Source: an uncultured Actinomycetes bacterium (lineage in GTDB: Bacteria > Actinomycetota > UBA4738 > HRBIN12). From it: DNA of 64,000 nt. The stretch spans positions 203,443 to 267,442 of the forward strand of contig CAVROD010000004.1 in NCBI GenBank assembly GCA_963722795.1. Reading direction: 5' to 3'. Position 1 is the first letter of the stretch. Each line of letters starts with the position of its first letter. The notes beneath the pieces were generated by a model. It made no database searches and was not told where the DNA came from. It saw only the letters and a program-made list of their open reading frames with translations. Of the stretch, positions 18,824 through 27,909 are shown in pieces. The position numbers were made by a program, and so were the translations under genes.

Positions 18824-20704
18824 ATGGCGAGCGTGAGCGTTCCGGCGAGCGGCCGGGGTCTGCTGCGGCGGCCCACGGCGATCACCGGCTTCTGGAGCTG
18901 GTTCACCACGGTGGACCACAAGAAGATCGGCATCATGTACGGCGTCACCGCCTTCGTGTTCTTCATCGTCGGGCGGTCTCGAGGCGCTGCTGATCCGGGC
19001 GCAGCTCGCGCAGCCCGACGGCACCCTGCTGAACGCCGACCAGTACAACCAGATCTTCACGATGCACGGCATCACGATGATCTTCCTGTTCGTGATGCCG
19101 ATGTCGGCGGCGTTCTTCAACTACATGATCCCGCTGATGATCGGGGCGCGCGACGTGGCGTTCCCGCGGCTCAACGCCTACAGCTTCTGGGTCTTCCTGC
19201 TTGGCGGTCTGTTCCTGTACTCGAGCTTCGTTCCTGGGCGGCGCGCCCAACGGCGGCTGGTTCGGCTACGCGCCGAACTCCACGACCGACCCGTCGATCG
19301 GCATGACCTTCTACGCGATCGGACTGCTGATCACGGGCATCGCCTCGACCGTCGGCGCGGTGAACCTGGCGGTCACGGTCGTGAACATGCGCGCGCCGGG
19401 CATGACGTTGTTCCGCATGCCGCCGTTCGTCTGGATGGGGCTCGTGGTGCAGTTCCTGCTGGTGTTCTCGCTGCCGATCATCACGGTGGCCCTGTTCCAG
19501 CTGCTGTTCGACCGGCGATGGGACACGGCGTTCTTCGATCCGACCCGTGGCGGGGAGCCGATCCTGTGGCAGCACCTGTTCTGGCTCTTCGGCCACCCCG
19601 AGGTCTACATCCTGATCCTGCCGGCCTTCGGCATCATCAGCGAGGTCCTGCCGGTCTTCAGCCGAAAGCCCCTGTTCGGCTACCAGTTCGTGGTCTTCTC
19701 GGGCATCGCGATCGGCTTCATCGGGTTCGGCGTGTGGGCCCACCACATGTTCGCCGCCGGACTGGGGCCGGTCGCCAACACCGCGTTCGGCATCTCGACC
19801 GCGATCATCGCGATCCCCACGGGCGTGAAGATCTTCAACTGGATGGGCACGATGTACGGAGGCGACATCCGGTTCGCGACGCCGATGCTCTTCTCGGTCG
19901 GCGCCGTCGCGATGTTCGTGATCGGTGGACTCTCGGGGGTCACGCACGCGATCGTGCCGAGCGACTACCAGCAGACCGACACCTACTACATCGTCGCGCA
20001 CTTCCATTACGTGATCTTCGGCGGTGCCGTCTTCGGCATCTTCGCCGGGCTGTTCTACTGGTGGCCGAAGGTGTTCGGGCGCAGCTTGGGCGAGGCGTCG
20101 GGCAAGGTGCAGTTCTGGCTCTTGCTCGTCGGGTTCAACCTCGCGTTCGGGCCGATGCACATCCTCGGCCTGCAGGGCATGATCCGACGCGAATACACCT
20201 ACCCCGAGTCGCTCGGCCTCACCTTCTGGAACCAGATCGCGACGGTCGGCGCGTTCCTGATCGCCGTCTCGGTGTTGATGTTCATCGTGAACGCCGTGCG
20301 CACGCAGCTCCGACAGCCCGCGGCGAGGTCGTCGAGGACCCATGGGACGCGCGCACCCTGGAGTGGATGACGTACGAGCCCGCCGCCGGTGCACAACTTC
20401 GACGAGATCCCGACCGTGCACTCCCTCGACGAGTTCTGGCACCGCAAGTACGTGGAGGACGAGCGCACCGGCACGCTCGTACCGGCGCAGGCGGGGGCCT
20501 CCGACCAGGACCCCGGTCATGCGTCCGGGCACGGCTCGATCCATCTGCCGAGCCCGTCGTACTGGCCGCTCGTGTCGGGCCTCGGCCTGCCGATCATCGG
20601 GCTACGGCGTGCTCTACTCCTGGTGGCTGATCGGGCTCGGCGCGCTCGTCGTCGCTGATCGGGTTCTACGGCTGGGCCCTCGAGCCATCGGTCGCGGAGG
20701 ACTA
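18824..20704 (+). CDS. ctaD: cytochrome c oxidase subunit I with C-terminal extension, ~4 frame switches
   Basis: Conserved segments GFWSWFTTVDHKKIGIMYG, MIFLFVMPMSAAFFNYMIPLMIGARDVAFPRLN, WQHLFWLFGHPEVYILILPAFGIISEV, GVWAHHMFAAG and YIVAHFHYVIFGG. Ends ...FYGWALEPSVAED. Confidence 0.85.
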
Positions 20705-20706
20705 GT

Positions 20707-21348
20707 CATGGCCGACCTCGCGATCACCCCCGGGCACGGCGCCGTCGAAGCGCACGACGAGCACGCGACCACCACGGGGCTGCCGAACACGAAGCTCGCG
20801 ATGTGGATGTTCCTCGCGTCGGAATGCATGTTGTTCGGCGCGCTGATCAGCACCTACGTGCTGTACCGCGGCGCCAGCCAGACGGGCCCGTACCCCGACG
20901 ACGTCTTCGACATCCCCTACACGTCGGTGTCGTCGTTCGTGCTGCTCGCGTCGTCGCTCACGATGGTGCTCGCGCTCGCTGCGGCGCAGAAGCGCGACGT
21001 CGCTGCGCATGCGCCTGTGGCTGCTCACCACCGCGCTGCTCGGCCTCACGTTCGTCGGCGGCCAGGTCTACGAGTTCACGACCTTCTACGACGAGGGCCT
21101 GTCGATCTCGACGAACCTGTTCGGCACGACGTTCTACGTGCTCACCGGCTTCCACGGGGTGCACGTCACCGTCGGCATCCTGATGCTGCTCTCGCTCGTC
21201 GGCTTCTCGACCGCCGACCGGCTGCCCGACGACGCCGCGTTCCCGGTCGAGATGGTCGGGCTGTACTGGCACTTCGTCGACATCGTGTGGATCGTCGATC
21301 TTCACGGTCGTGTACCTGATCCCGACCCCTTCCCCGGCCCCGGTCTAG
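20707..21348 (+). CDS. ctaE: cytochrome c oxidase subunit III, two frame switches
   Basis: Starts HTTGLPNTKLAMWMFLASECMLFGALISTYVLYRG, continues TTFYVLTGFHGVHVTVGILML and ends LYWHFVDIVWIVIFTVVYLIP. Confidence 0.8.
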
Positions 21349-21354
21349 GAGGCG

Positions 21355-21731
21355 ATGACGGTGTCCGAGATCGAATCGCGCTTCCAGGAGGAACTCGGCA
21401 CGCGCGACATGGCCGACCCCGGTGAGGCTCGCGCGCCTCACCACGAGCACCCGAGCGCCAAGGAGTACATCCGCATCGGCGTGATCCTCGCCGTGCTCAC
21501 CGCCCTCGAGGTCGCGACGTACTACGTCGACGTCGGTGGCGCGCTCGTGCCGACCCTGATCGGGCTCTCGGTCGTGAAGTTCGCGCTCGTCGTGATGTGG
21601 TTCATGCACCTGAAGTTCGACAGTCCGACGCTACGCGCGGTACTTCCTGATGGGCCTCGCCGGGGCGACCACGCTGTACCTCGTCGTACTGATCTCGTTC
21701 GGCGTCTTCAAGGTCGGAGTGAGGGAGCGTG
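21355..21731 (+). CDS. ctaF: cytochrome c oxidase subunit IV (prokaryotic caa3 CoxIV/CtaF-like), frame-disrupted; 3' end uncertain
   Basis: SD GGAGG then ATG. Central motif HPSAKEYIRIGVILAVLTALEVATYYV, then FALVVMWFMHLKFDS / RYFLMGLAGATTLYLVVLISFGVF in a second frame. Confidence 0.6.
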
Positions 21732-22561
21732 CAGCTTCCCGACTGGCATCTGCACCCCGACGTGTGGCTGCTGTTCGGCTCGATCGTCGCCGCGTACCTG
21801 ATCGCCGCGCGCCGGCACCTCGACGACGACAGGCGAGGCGACGTCGCGGCGCTCGAGGACCCTGTTCCTCACGGGCATGGGAGTGCTCTGGCTCGGCGCC
21901 GACTGGCCCGTGCACGACCTGGCCGAGGGCTACCTCTACTCCATGCACATGACCCAGCACCTGCTGTTCACGCTCGTCGCGGCCCCGCTGCTGATCGCGG
22001 GCATGCCGGCGTGGATGCTGCGCGTGCTGCTCGCGCCCGCCGCCCGTGCGCCGGGTGTTCCGGTTCGTGACGCGGCCGCTCGTGGCGCTCGTCGTCTTCA
22101 ACGGCGTGCTGCTCTTCACGCACTGGCCCGCGGTCGTGGAGGCATCGGTCGGCTCCGAACCGATCCACCTGTCGCTGCACGTGCTGATCGTCGCCTCGGC
22201 GCTCGTGATGTGGTGGCCCGTGATGTCGCCGCTGCCCGAGATGCCGTCGCTGTCGGCGCCCGGCCAGATGATCTACCTGTTCCTGCAGTCGCTCGCGCCC
22301 ACGATCCCGGCGTCGTTCCTGACGTTCGGACACACGCCGCTGTATCCGGTCTACGCGACGTTCCCGCGCATCTGGGGCATGTCGGCGCTCACCGACCAGC
22401 TCATCGCGGGCCTCATCATGAAGCTCGCGGGCGGGCTGTTGCTGTGGACCGTGATCGCGGTCATCTTCTTCCGCTGGTTCGAGCAGGAGCAGCGCGACGG
22501 GCTGGACCGGTCGGCCCACCAGAACCTGCACCGAGAGATCGGCGCGGAGCTGTCCCGATGA
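21729..22561 (+). CDS. ctaG: caa3-type cytochrome oxidase assembly factor CtaG-like polytopic membrane protein, two frame switches
   Basis: Seven predicted TM helices (LLFGSIVAAYLIAARRH, LFLTGMGVLWLGADWP, HMTQHLLFTLVAAPLLIAGMPAW, PLVALVVFNGVLLFTHWP, LHVLIVASALVMWWPV, IYLFLQSLAPTIPASFLTF, LIAGLIMKLAGGLLLWTVIAVIFF). Family call rests on position in ctaCDEF(G) and topology. Confidence 0.6.
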
Positions 22562-22613
22562 GGAGCGACCGAACGGATGAGTGCCGGATGCGTGCCAGAG
22601 ATGAGCGACCGAG

Positions 22614-23925
22614 ATGAGTGACAGCAAGAACCGGCAGAGCCTGCTGCTGCCGATCCTGATGCCGATCGCGGTGCTCGCCGTGATCGTGCTCGTGCTGTTC
22701 GGGTTCTCGCGCGTGTTGCTGGCGGTCTCGCACAACGCCGCCACCGTGGTCGCGCTCGTGGCGGCCGCCGGCATCGTCGTCGGTCGCCGCCTGGGTCGCC
22801 TCGCGCAAGCGCGTGACGGGCGGCACGCTCTTCTCGATGGTCGCCGCGATGGCGGGCATCGCGATGGTGGCCGGTGGGCTCGCCGTGGTCGCGGCGCCCC
22901 TGCATGCCGAGGAGGAAGTCGAGGAGCCGGGCGGGGTCGTCGTGGCGCTCGCGGCCCCCGAGGGCGCGGCGGCGTCGGGCTTCTCCACCGAAGCCCTCTC
23001 GGTGCCGAGCGACGAGCCGTTCACGATCGCCTTCGACAACCAGGACCCCGCGGTGCCCGCACAACGTCGTGGTGTTCGACGGGCCGGACGCCGAAGCGCC
23101 GGCCCTCGTCACGGGTGAGCTGATCACCGGTCCGGCCACGGCCGACTACCCGGTCGAGCCCGTGCCCGAGGGGGAGTACTTCTTCCACTGCGAGGTGCAT
23201 CCGACCACGATGGTCGGCACGATGACCGCTGCGCCTGGCGCCGGCGGCGGAGGCGGTGAGGAGGGGGTCACGGTCGTGGCCGCCGACCTCGCGTTCGACA
23301 CCGACACGATCGAGCTGCCCGTCGACGTCGAAACCACGATCACGATGGACAACCAGGACCCCGGCATCCAGCACAACATCGCGATCTACACCGACGACTC
23401 GCTCGGGGAGGAACTGTTCAAGGGGGAGCTCGCGACCGGGCCGGCGAGCGTGAACTACACCGTGCCGCCGCTGCCGGCCGGCGAGTACTACTTCCAGTGC
23501 GACGTGCATCCGAACATGGCGGGCACCGTCGTGGTGGCCGGCGATGAAGGTGGCGGTGGGGGCGAGGATCCCGGCGGCGGCGAGGATCCCGGCGGCGGTG
23601 AGGACCCGGCGGCGGCGAGGAGCCGCCCGACGGCGGGGGCACCGCGGCGGCCGCGGTCACGGCCGTCGGCCTCGCGTTCGAGCCCACGACGCTCACCTGG
23701 CCCTCGAACAGCGAGGTGACGCTCACCTTCGACAACCAGGACGACGCCGCCGTCAACGGCCAGCACAACGTGTCGATCTACGACGGCGACACGGCCCTGT
23801 TCCAGGGCGAGCTGGTCTCGGGGGTCGCCACGGTCGACTACACGATCCCGCCGATGGAACCCGGCACGTTCGAATTCCGATGCGACGTGCATCCCACGAT
23901 GGTCGGCACGGTCGAGGTCACCTGA
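22614..23925 (+). CDS. membrane-anchored protein with three tandem plastocyanin-like type-1 copper (cupredoxin) domains, ~3 frame switches
   Basis: N-terminal TM helices (LLLPILMPIAVLAVIVLVLFGF). Three repeats of the pattern FDNQD...HN...F.GEL..GP......P...GEY.F.C.VHP.M.GT (AVPHNVVVFDG/FHCEVHPTTMVGT; GIQHNIAIYTD/FQCDVHPNMAGT; GQHNVSIYDG/FRCDVHPTMVGT), separated by Gly-rich linkers GGGGGEEG and GGGGGEDPGGGEDPGGGEDP. Confidence 0.7.
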
Positions 23926-24533
23926 CGACCTCGCTCGAGACCCCGCCGAGCGCCGCCCCGGACCCCGACGCATCGCCGGCACCTCGCCGTCGCGGCCGCA
24001 CCGTCGTTCTCGTCGTCGTGGTGGCGCTCGCGGTCGCCGGCGCCGGCTGGCTGCTGCGACCGACGTCGGATCCGCGGGTCGACGGCGGCGTGGCTGAGAT
24101 CGACGAGCCGTTCCCGGGGTTGAACGGCGAAGCCGTCGTCGGGCCGCCGCTCGACACCGCCGCGCAGGAGTGGTCGGTGCTCGTGGTGAACGTGTGGGCC
24201 ACCTGGTGCGAGCCCTGTCGGCGCGAGCAGCCCGCCCTGCAGCGGGTGCAGGCGAGCTACGAGGACCGGGGCGTCGTCTTCGTCGGGGTCGACTACCGCG
24301 ACGACCGTGCGGCGGCCGAGCGGTGGATCGAGAGCTTCGGGGTGACGTACCCGAGCCTGTACGACCCCCAGGGGCGCACGGCGGCGACCCTCGGTTTCCC
24401 CTTCCTGCCCGACACCTACCTGGTCGATGCGACCGGCACGATGCGCTACGTCGTCTACGGCGAGACGAGCGCCGAGGAGCTCGCAGGCTTGCTCGACGGG
24501 CTGCTGGTCGCCGGTGGCCCGGACGCTTCTTAG
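23880..24533 (+). CDS. resA: thiol-disulfide oxidoreductase ResA/TlpA-like (thioredoxin fold, cytochrome c maturation)
   Basis: TM anchor TVVLVVVVALAVAGAGWLL, active-site WATWCEPCRRE and TlpA-like C-terminus. Intact frame. Start is uncertain (ATG 23880 overlaps the upstream gene; GTG alternatives downstream). Confidence 0.75.
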   Translation: MRRASHDGRHGRGHLTTSLETPPSAAPDPDASPAPRRRGRTVVLVVVVALAVAGAGWLLRPTSDPRVDGGVAEIDEPFPGLNGEAVVGPPLDTAAQEWSVLVVNVWATWCEPCRREQPALQRVQASYEDRGVVFVGVDYRDDRAAAERWIESFGVTYPSLYDPQGRTAATLGFPFLPDTYLVDATGTMRYVVYGETSAEELAGLLDGLLVAGGPDAS

Positions 24534-26356
24534 ACGACCGCGTCGAGCGCGACGGCCCCGAACAGGGCGGCGAGGTAGACGATCGAGTACGTGAAGAGCT
24601 TCCACGACCGGTCGGAGCCAGCGAAGCGCCAGAGCACGAGGGCCCGGTAGACGAACACGCCGCCCAGCACGACCGCCGTGCCGAGGTAGATCGGACCCAT
24701 GCCCGCGACCGGGGCCAGCAGCAGCGTGGTGCCGAACAGCACGAGCGAGTAGAGGAAGATCTGCCGTCGGGTCTCGTCGTCGCCCTTCACGACCGGCAGC
24801 ATCGGCACCCCCGCGGCTGCGTAGTCCCCCTGGAAGCGCAGCGCCAGCGCCCAGAAATGCGGTGGTGTCCAGACGAAGACGATGGCGAACAAGATCCAGG
24901 CGGGCAGGGCGAGCGACCCCGTCACGGCGGCCCAGCCGATCAGCGCGGGCGCGGCGCCGGCGGCCCCGCCGATCACGATGTTCTGCGTGGTCGAACGCTT
25001 CAGCCACATCGTGTAGATCACGACGTAGAACGCGATCGCAGCGAGCGAGAGCGTGGCGGCCAGTACGTTCACCGTCATCGCGAGGAACAGGAACGAGAAG
25101 GCGCCGAGCCAGAACCCGAACGCGAGGGCGCGCTCCGGCGGCACCTGGTGGGCGGGCAGCGGCCGCCCGCGAGTGCGGCGCATCACCTCGTCGATGTCGC
25201 GGTCGAGGTACATGTTGATCGCGTTGGCGGCGCCTGCGGCGAGCGTGCCGCCGACGAGGGTCGCGAGCACCAACCACAGCGGCGGCAGACCGCCCTGGGC
25301 CAGCACCATCGCCGGCACCGTCGTGATGAGCAGCAGCACGATGATGCGCGGCTTCGTGAGCCGGAAGTAGGCGGTGAGCGTGTCGACGATCGGTGCCGAC
25401 GGCTCGTCGGCCGGCTCCTGCATGGGGCCCTGCACCTCGCGTGACACGTGCCCCGTGTTCGCGGGCTCGCGACGCGCCACCACCGCCAGCGCGACCATCG
25501 TGGCCCAGATGGCGGCCGACAGGCCGACGTGCAGGGCTCGCGGCAGCGTGGACAGCTCGGTGAGCACGTTCACGCCGCCGGCCACGATCTGGCCGAGGAA
25601 GAGCGCGCCGGCCAGCGTCGACAGGCGCACGAGCCGTGCCGACCGCACGGCCATCGTGCGGGCGCGCACCGACAGCCACAGCACGAGGGCGGCCACGACG
25701 ATCGCGAGCACACGGTGCGCGAACATCTCCGCCGCCCCTCGCGGACCGAACGAGGGCACGAGGCGCCCGCCCATGAGCGGCCAGTCGCGGAACGCGAGCC
25801 CGGCTCCTTCGGCGCGCACGTAGGTGCCGACGAGCAGCAGCGCGAAGGTCGCCACCGCGGCGACGATGGCCAGCCGCGCGAATCCGCGATCGCCGGCCCG
25901 CGCGTCGCCTTCGAAGGCCAGCGTCGTCGCGGCCACCAGCACGCCGAGCACGATCATCGCCAGGCCGAAGTGCAGCGTGACGACGGCCGGGTCGAGCTCG
26001 CTGTTCACCACCGCCCCGCCGAGGGCGCCCTGCACGCCGAACAGCGGCACGAGCGCGACGGCCATCCACACCGCGCCGCGAGAGGTGTCGGTCGGCCTCC
26101 CCCCGCGAGCGCGCACCAGCTCGACCACGCCCACGACCGCGAGCGCGACGGCGAGCAGTCCCGACACGACGCCGAGCGCCCGGTGCACGTACTCGATGAG
26201 GGTGTGGTACTCCCAGCGGGGGATCCAACTGCCGAAGCACGTCGGCCAGTCGGGGCAGCCGTCGCCCGACCCGGTGGCGCGCACGATGCCGCCCCACACG
26301 ATCAGCATGAGCGTCGAGACCGTGGTGGTCACCGCCAGCTTCTGGAACCGGGTCAT
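24530..26356 (-). CDS. ctaAB: fused haem A synthase (CtaA, N-terminal) - protohaem IX farnesyltransferase / haem O synthase (CtaB, C-terminal), 608 aa, intact
   Basis: N-terminal half MTRFQKLAVTTTVSTLMLIVWGGIVRATGSGDGCPDWPTCFG is the CtaA/Cox15 signature with a second Cys pair region. C-terminal half TAYFRLTKPRIIVLLLITTVPAMVLA...NMYLDRDIDEVMRRTRGRPLP...TPPHFWALAL is UbiA-family CtaB. The 307 codons upstream of the ATG at 26356 in ORF 24530..27277 are non-coding read-through. Confidence 0.85.
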   Translation of the reverse strand: MTRFQKLAVTTTVSTLMLIVWGGIVRATGSGDGCPDWPTCFGSWIPRWEYHTLIEYVHRALGVVSGLLAVALAVVGVVELVRARGGRPTDTSRGAVWMAVALVPLFGVQGALGGAVVNSELDPAVVTLHFGLAMIVLGVLVAATTLAFEGDARAGDRGFARLAIVAAVATFALLLVGTYVRAEGAGLAFRDWPLMGGRLVPSFGPRGAAEMFAHRVLAIVVAALVLWLSVRARTMAVRSARLVRLSTLAGALFLGQIVAGGVNVLTELSTLPRALHVGLSAAIWATMVALAVVARREPANTGHVSREVQGPMQEPADEPSAPIVDTLTAYFRLTKPRIIVLLLITTVPAMVLAQGGLPPLWLVLATLVGGTLAAGAANAINMYLDRDIDEVMRRTRGRPLPAHQVPPERALAFGFWLGAFSFLFLAMTVNVLAATLSLAAIAFYVVIYTMWLKRSTTQNIVIGGAAGAAPALIGWAAVTGSLALPAWILFAIVFVWTPPHFWALALRFQGDYAAAGVPMLPVVKGDDETRRQIFLYSLVLFGTTLLLAPVAGMGPIYLGTAVVLGGVFVYRALVLWRFAGSDRSWKLFTYSIVYLAALFGAVALDAVV

Positions 26357-26449
26357 CGAGTCCTCTGGGGTCGGGGCGCCCGCGCGGTCGACGGGGCGCG
26401 ACCCATGATAGTGGCGGGTCGGCGTGCCCGGCTGCGAGATACTCCGCAC

Positions 26450-27352
26450 ATGACCGCGACCCCGGCGACCGGCAGCGACGTCGTCGGCGTCGTGCGCGGG
26501 CCGGTCGACCGCGTCCTCACCGACTATCTCGCCCGCAGCGCCGACGACCTCGCCCGCATCGACGAGCATGCGCCGTTGCTCGTGCTCGAGATCGGCCGGC
26601 TCGTGGCGGCCGGGGGCAAGCGGCTGCGACCGGCCTTCTGCATCTGGGGCTACCGGGCGGCCATGGCGCCGGGCGGCGCCGTCGTCGATGAGGAGCCCAT
26701 CGTGCGGTCGGCCGCCGCCATCGAGCTGCTCCACACGATGGCGCTCGTGCACGACGACCTGATGGATGCCGCCACCCACCGTCGCGGGGTCGCGGCGTCG
26801 GCGCCCCACCTCGCCCGGCGGGCGCGCGAGCTGTCGCTGCCGGCCGAGCCCGATCGCGTCGGGCGCTCGGCGGCCTTGCTCGTGGGCGACCTCGCGGCCG
26901 TGCTCGCCGACCGGCTGTTCCTCACGAGCGGATGCGAGCCCGCCGCGATCGTGCGGGCCCTCGTGCCGTATCACGAGATGCGCCTCGAGATGGCCGCCGG
27001 GCAGCTGCTCGACGTCGCCGGGCTCGCCTCCGAGCCCGACGCCGCGCGTCGCGCCGCTCGTCTGAAGGGCGGCAGCTACACGGTGGTCGGGCCCCTGCTG
27101 GTCGGGGCGGCGCTCGCCGGCGATCGCGACGACGTGCGGGCGGCGTTGCGCGCCTTTGGCGAGCCGCTCGGCGAGGCATTCCAGCTCCGTGACGACCTGC
27201 ACGACCGCGAGGGGGCGCACGGCGCGACCCGGGAGACGGTGAACGACCTCGTCCTGGCATCGAGGCAGGCGCTGCAAGGCGCCCGGTCCGCGCTCGCCCC
27301 GGACGCGGTTGGCGCCCTCGACGCCCTGGCCGCCTCGGTGGCGATGCCGTGA
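26450..27352 (+). CDS. polyprenyl synthetase family protein (farnesyl/geranylgeranyl diphosphate synthase-like)
   Basis: First Asp-rich motif LVHDDLMD and second FQLRDDLHD, with a GKRLRPAF region. Divergent from ctaAB. Confidence 0.85.
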   Translation: MTATPATGSDVVGVVRGPVDRVLTDYLARSADDLARIDEHAPLLVLEIGRLVAAGGKRLRPAFCIWGYRAAMAPGGAVVDEEPIVRSAAAIELLHTMALVHDDLMDAATHRRGVAASAPHLARRARELSLPAEPDRVGRSAALLVGDLAAVLADRLFLTSGCEPAAIVRALVPYHEMRLEMAAGQLLDVAGLASEPDAARRAARLKGGSYTVVGPLLVGAALAGDRDDVRAALRAFGEPLGEAFQLRDDLHDREGAHGATRETVNDLVLASRQALQGARSALAPDAVGALDALAASVAMP

Positions 27353-27774
27353 GCGACGATCAGGTGGGTCTGCGGCGAGCGTTCGGCGACGTGCCGGCGT
27401 GCAGGGTGGGCACCGTGCGCCCCGACGGCGGTCCCCACGTGGCGACGCGATGGTTCGTGTGGCGCGACGACGGACTGTGGGTCTCGACCCGCGTCGACGA
27501 CACGACGTGGCGCCACGCCCTGCGCGACCCTCGGGTGTCGGTCGTGATCGACCATGGGCGCGAGTGGACCGACCTGGCCGGCGTGCGCGTGGAAGGGGTC
27601 GCCGAGGCGTTCCCGGCGGAGCATCCGGACCTGCGTGCGCCGATGTCGGGTTGGCACGACAAGTACCGGCAGATGTTCGCGCGCGACGGCTTCGAGTCGT
27701 TCACCCGCGACGTGCCCGCGCTGGGTTTCCTGCGCGTCGTGCCCTCGCGCGTGGATGCGTGGGCTCACCGCTGA
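27349..27774 (+). CDS. pyridoxamine 5'-phosphate oxidase-like (PPOX/FMN- or F420-binding split-barrel) family protein
   Basis: 141 aa. Start GTG overlaps the upstream stop. RVGTVRPDGGPHVATRWFVW... is typical of the PPOX split barrel. Confidence 0.6.
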   Translation: MSDDQVGLRRAFGDVPACRVGTVRPDGGPHVATRWFVWRDDGLWVSTRVDDTTWRHALRDPRVSVVIDHGREWTDLAGVRVEGVAEAFPAEHPDLRAPMSGWHDKYRQMFARDGFESFTRDVPALGFLRVVPSRVDAWAHR

Positions 27775-27860
27775 TCGCCCGACCCGGCGCGTTGTGCGCC
27801 GTCGAGCCCGCGGGGTAGCGTGGGTCGTGCGCGTTCCGACGCGCTGCGGTAGCCTGAGGC

Positions 27861-27878
27861 TTGTGAAACTTTTCACAA
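27861..27878. promoter_or_regulatory. Rex operator TTGTGAAACTTTTCACAA (perfect 18-bp palindrome)
   Basis: Exact match to the consensus TTGTGAA-N4-TTCACAA, 32 nt upstream of the geranylgeranyl reductase start that leads into nuoA. Confidence 0.7.
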
Positions 27879-27909
27879 GCTCTGCCACGTCCGCAGAGAG
27901 GGAACCGAC

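Noticed and set aside
5173-23925. Interpretation of the frame-broken bc-complex / caa3 / ccs genes as a decayed (pseudogenised) cytochrome-c respiratory branch
   Set aside because: Between the frame switches the proteins are highly conserved with all catalytic motifs intact and no stops or deletions. At resolvable sites the change is a single extra base in a G/C homopolymer. Sequencing error is more parsimonious, so these genes are listed as CDS rather than pseudogenes.
26357-27277. 5' 307-codon extension of the ctaA-ctaB ORF
   Set aside because: Extension is antisense to the polyprenyl synthase gene and compositionally junk. The CtaA domain starts at the ATG at 26356.
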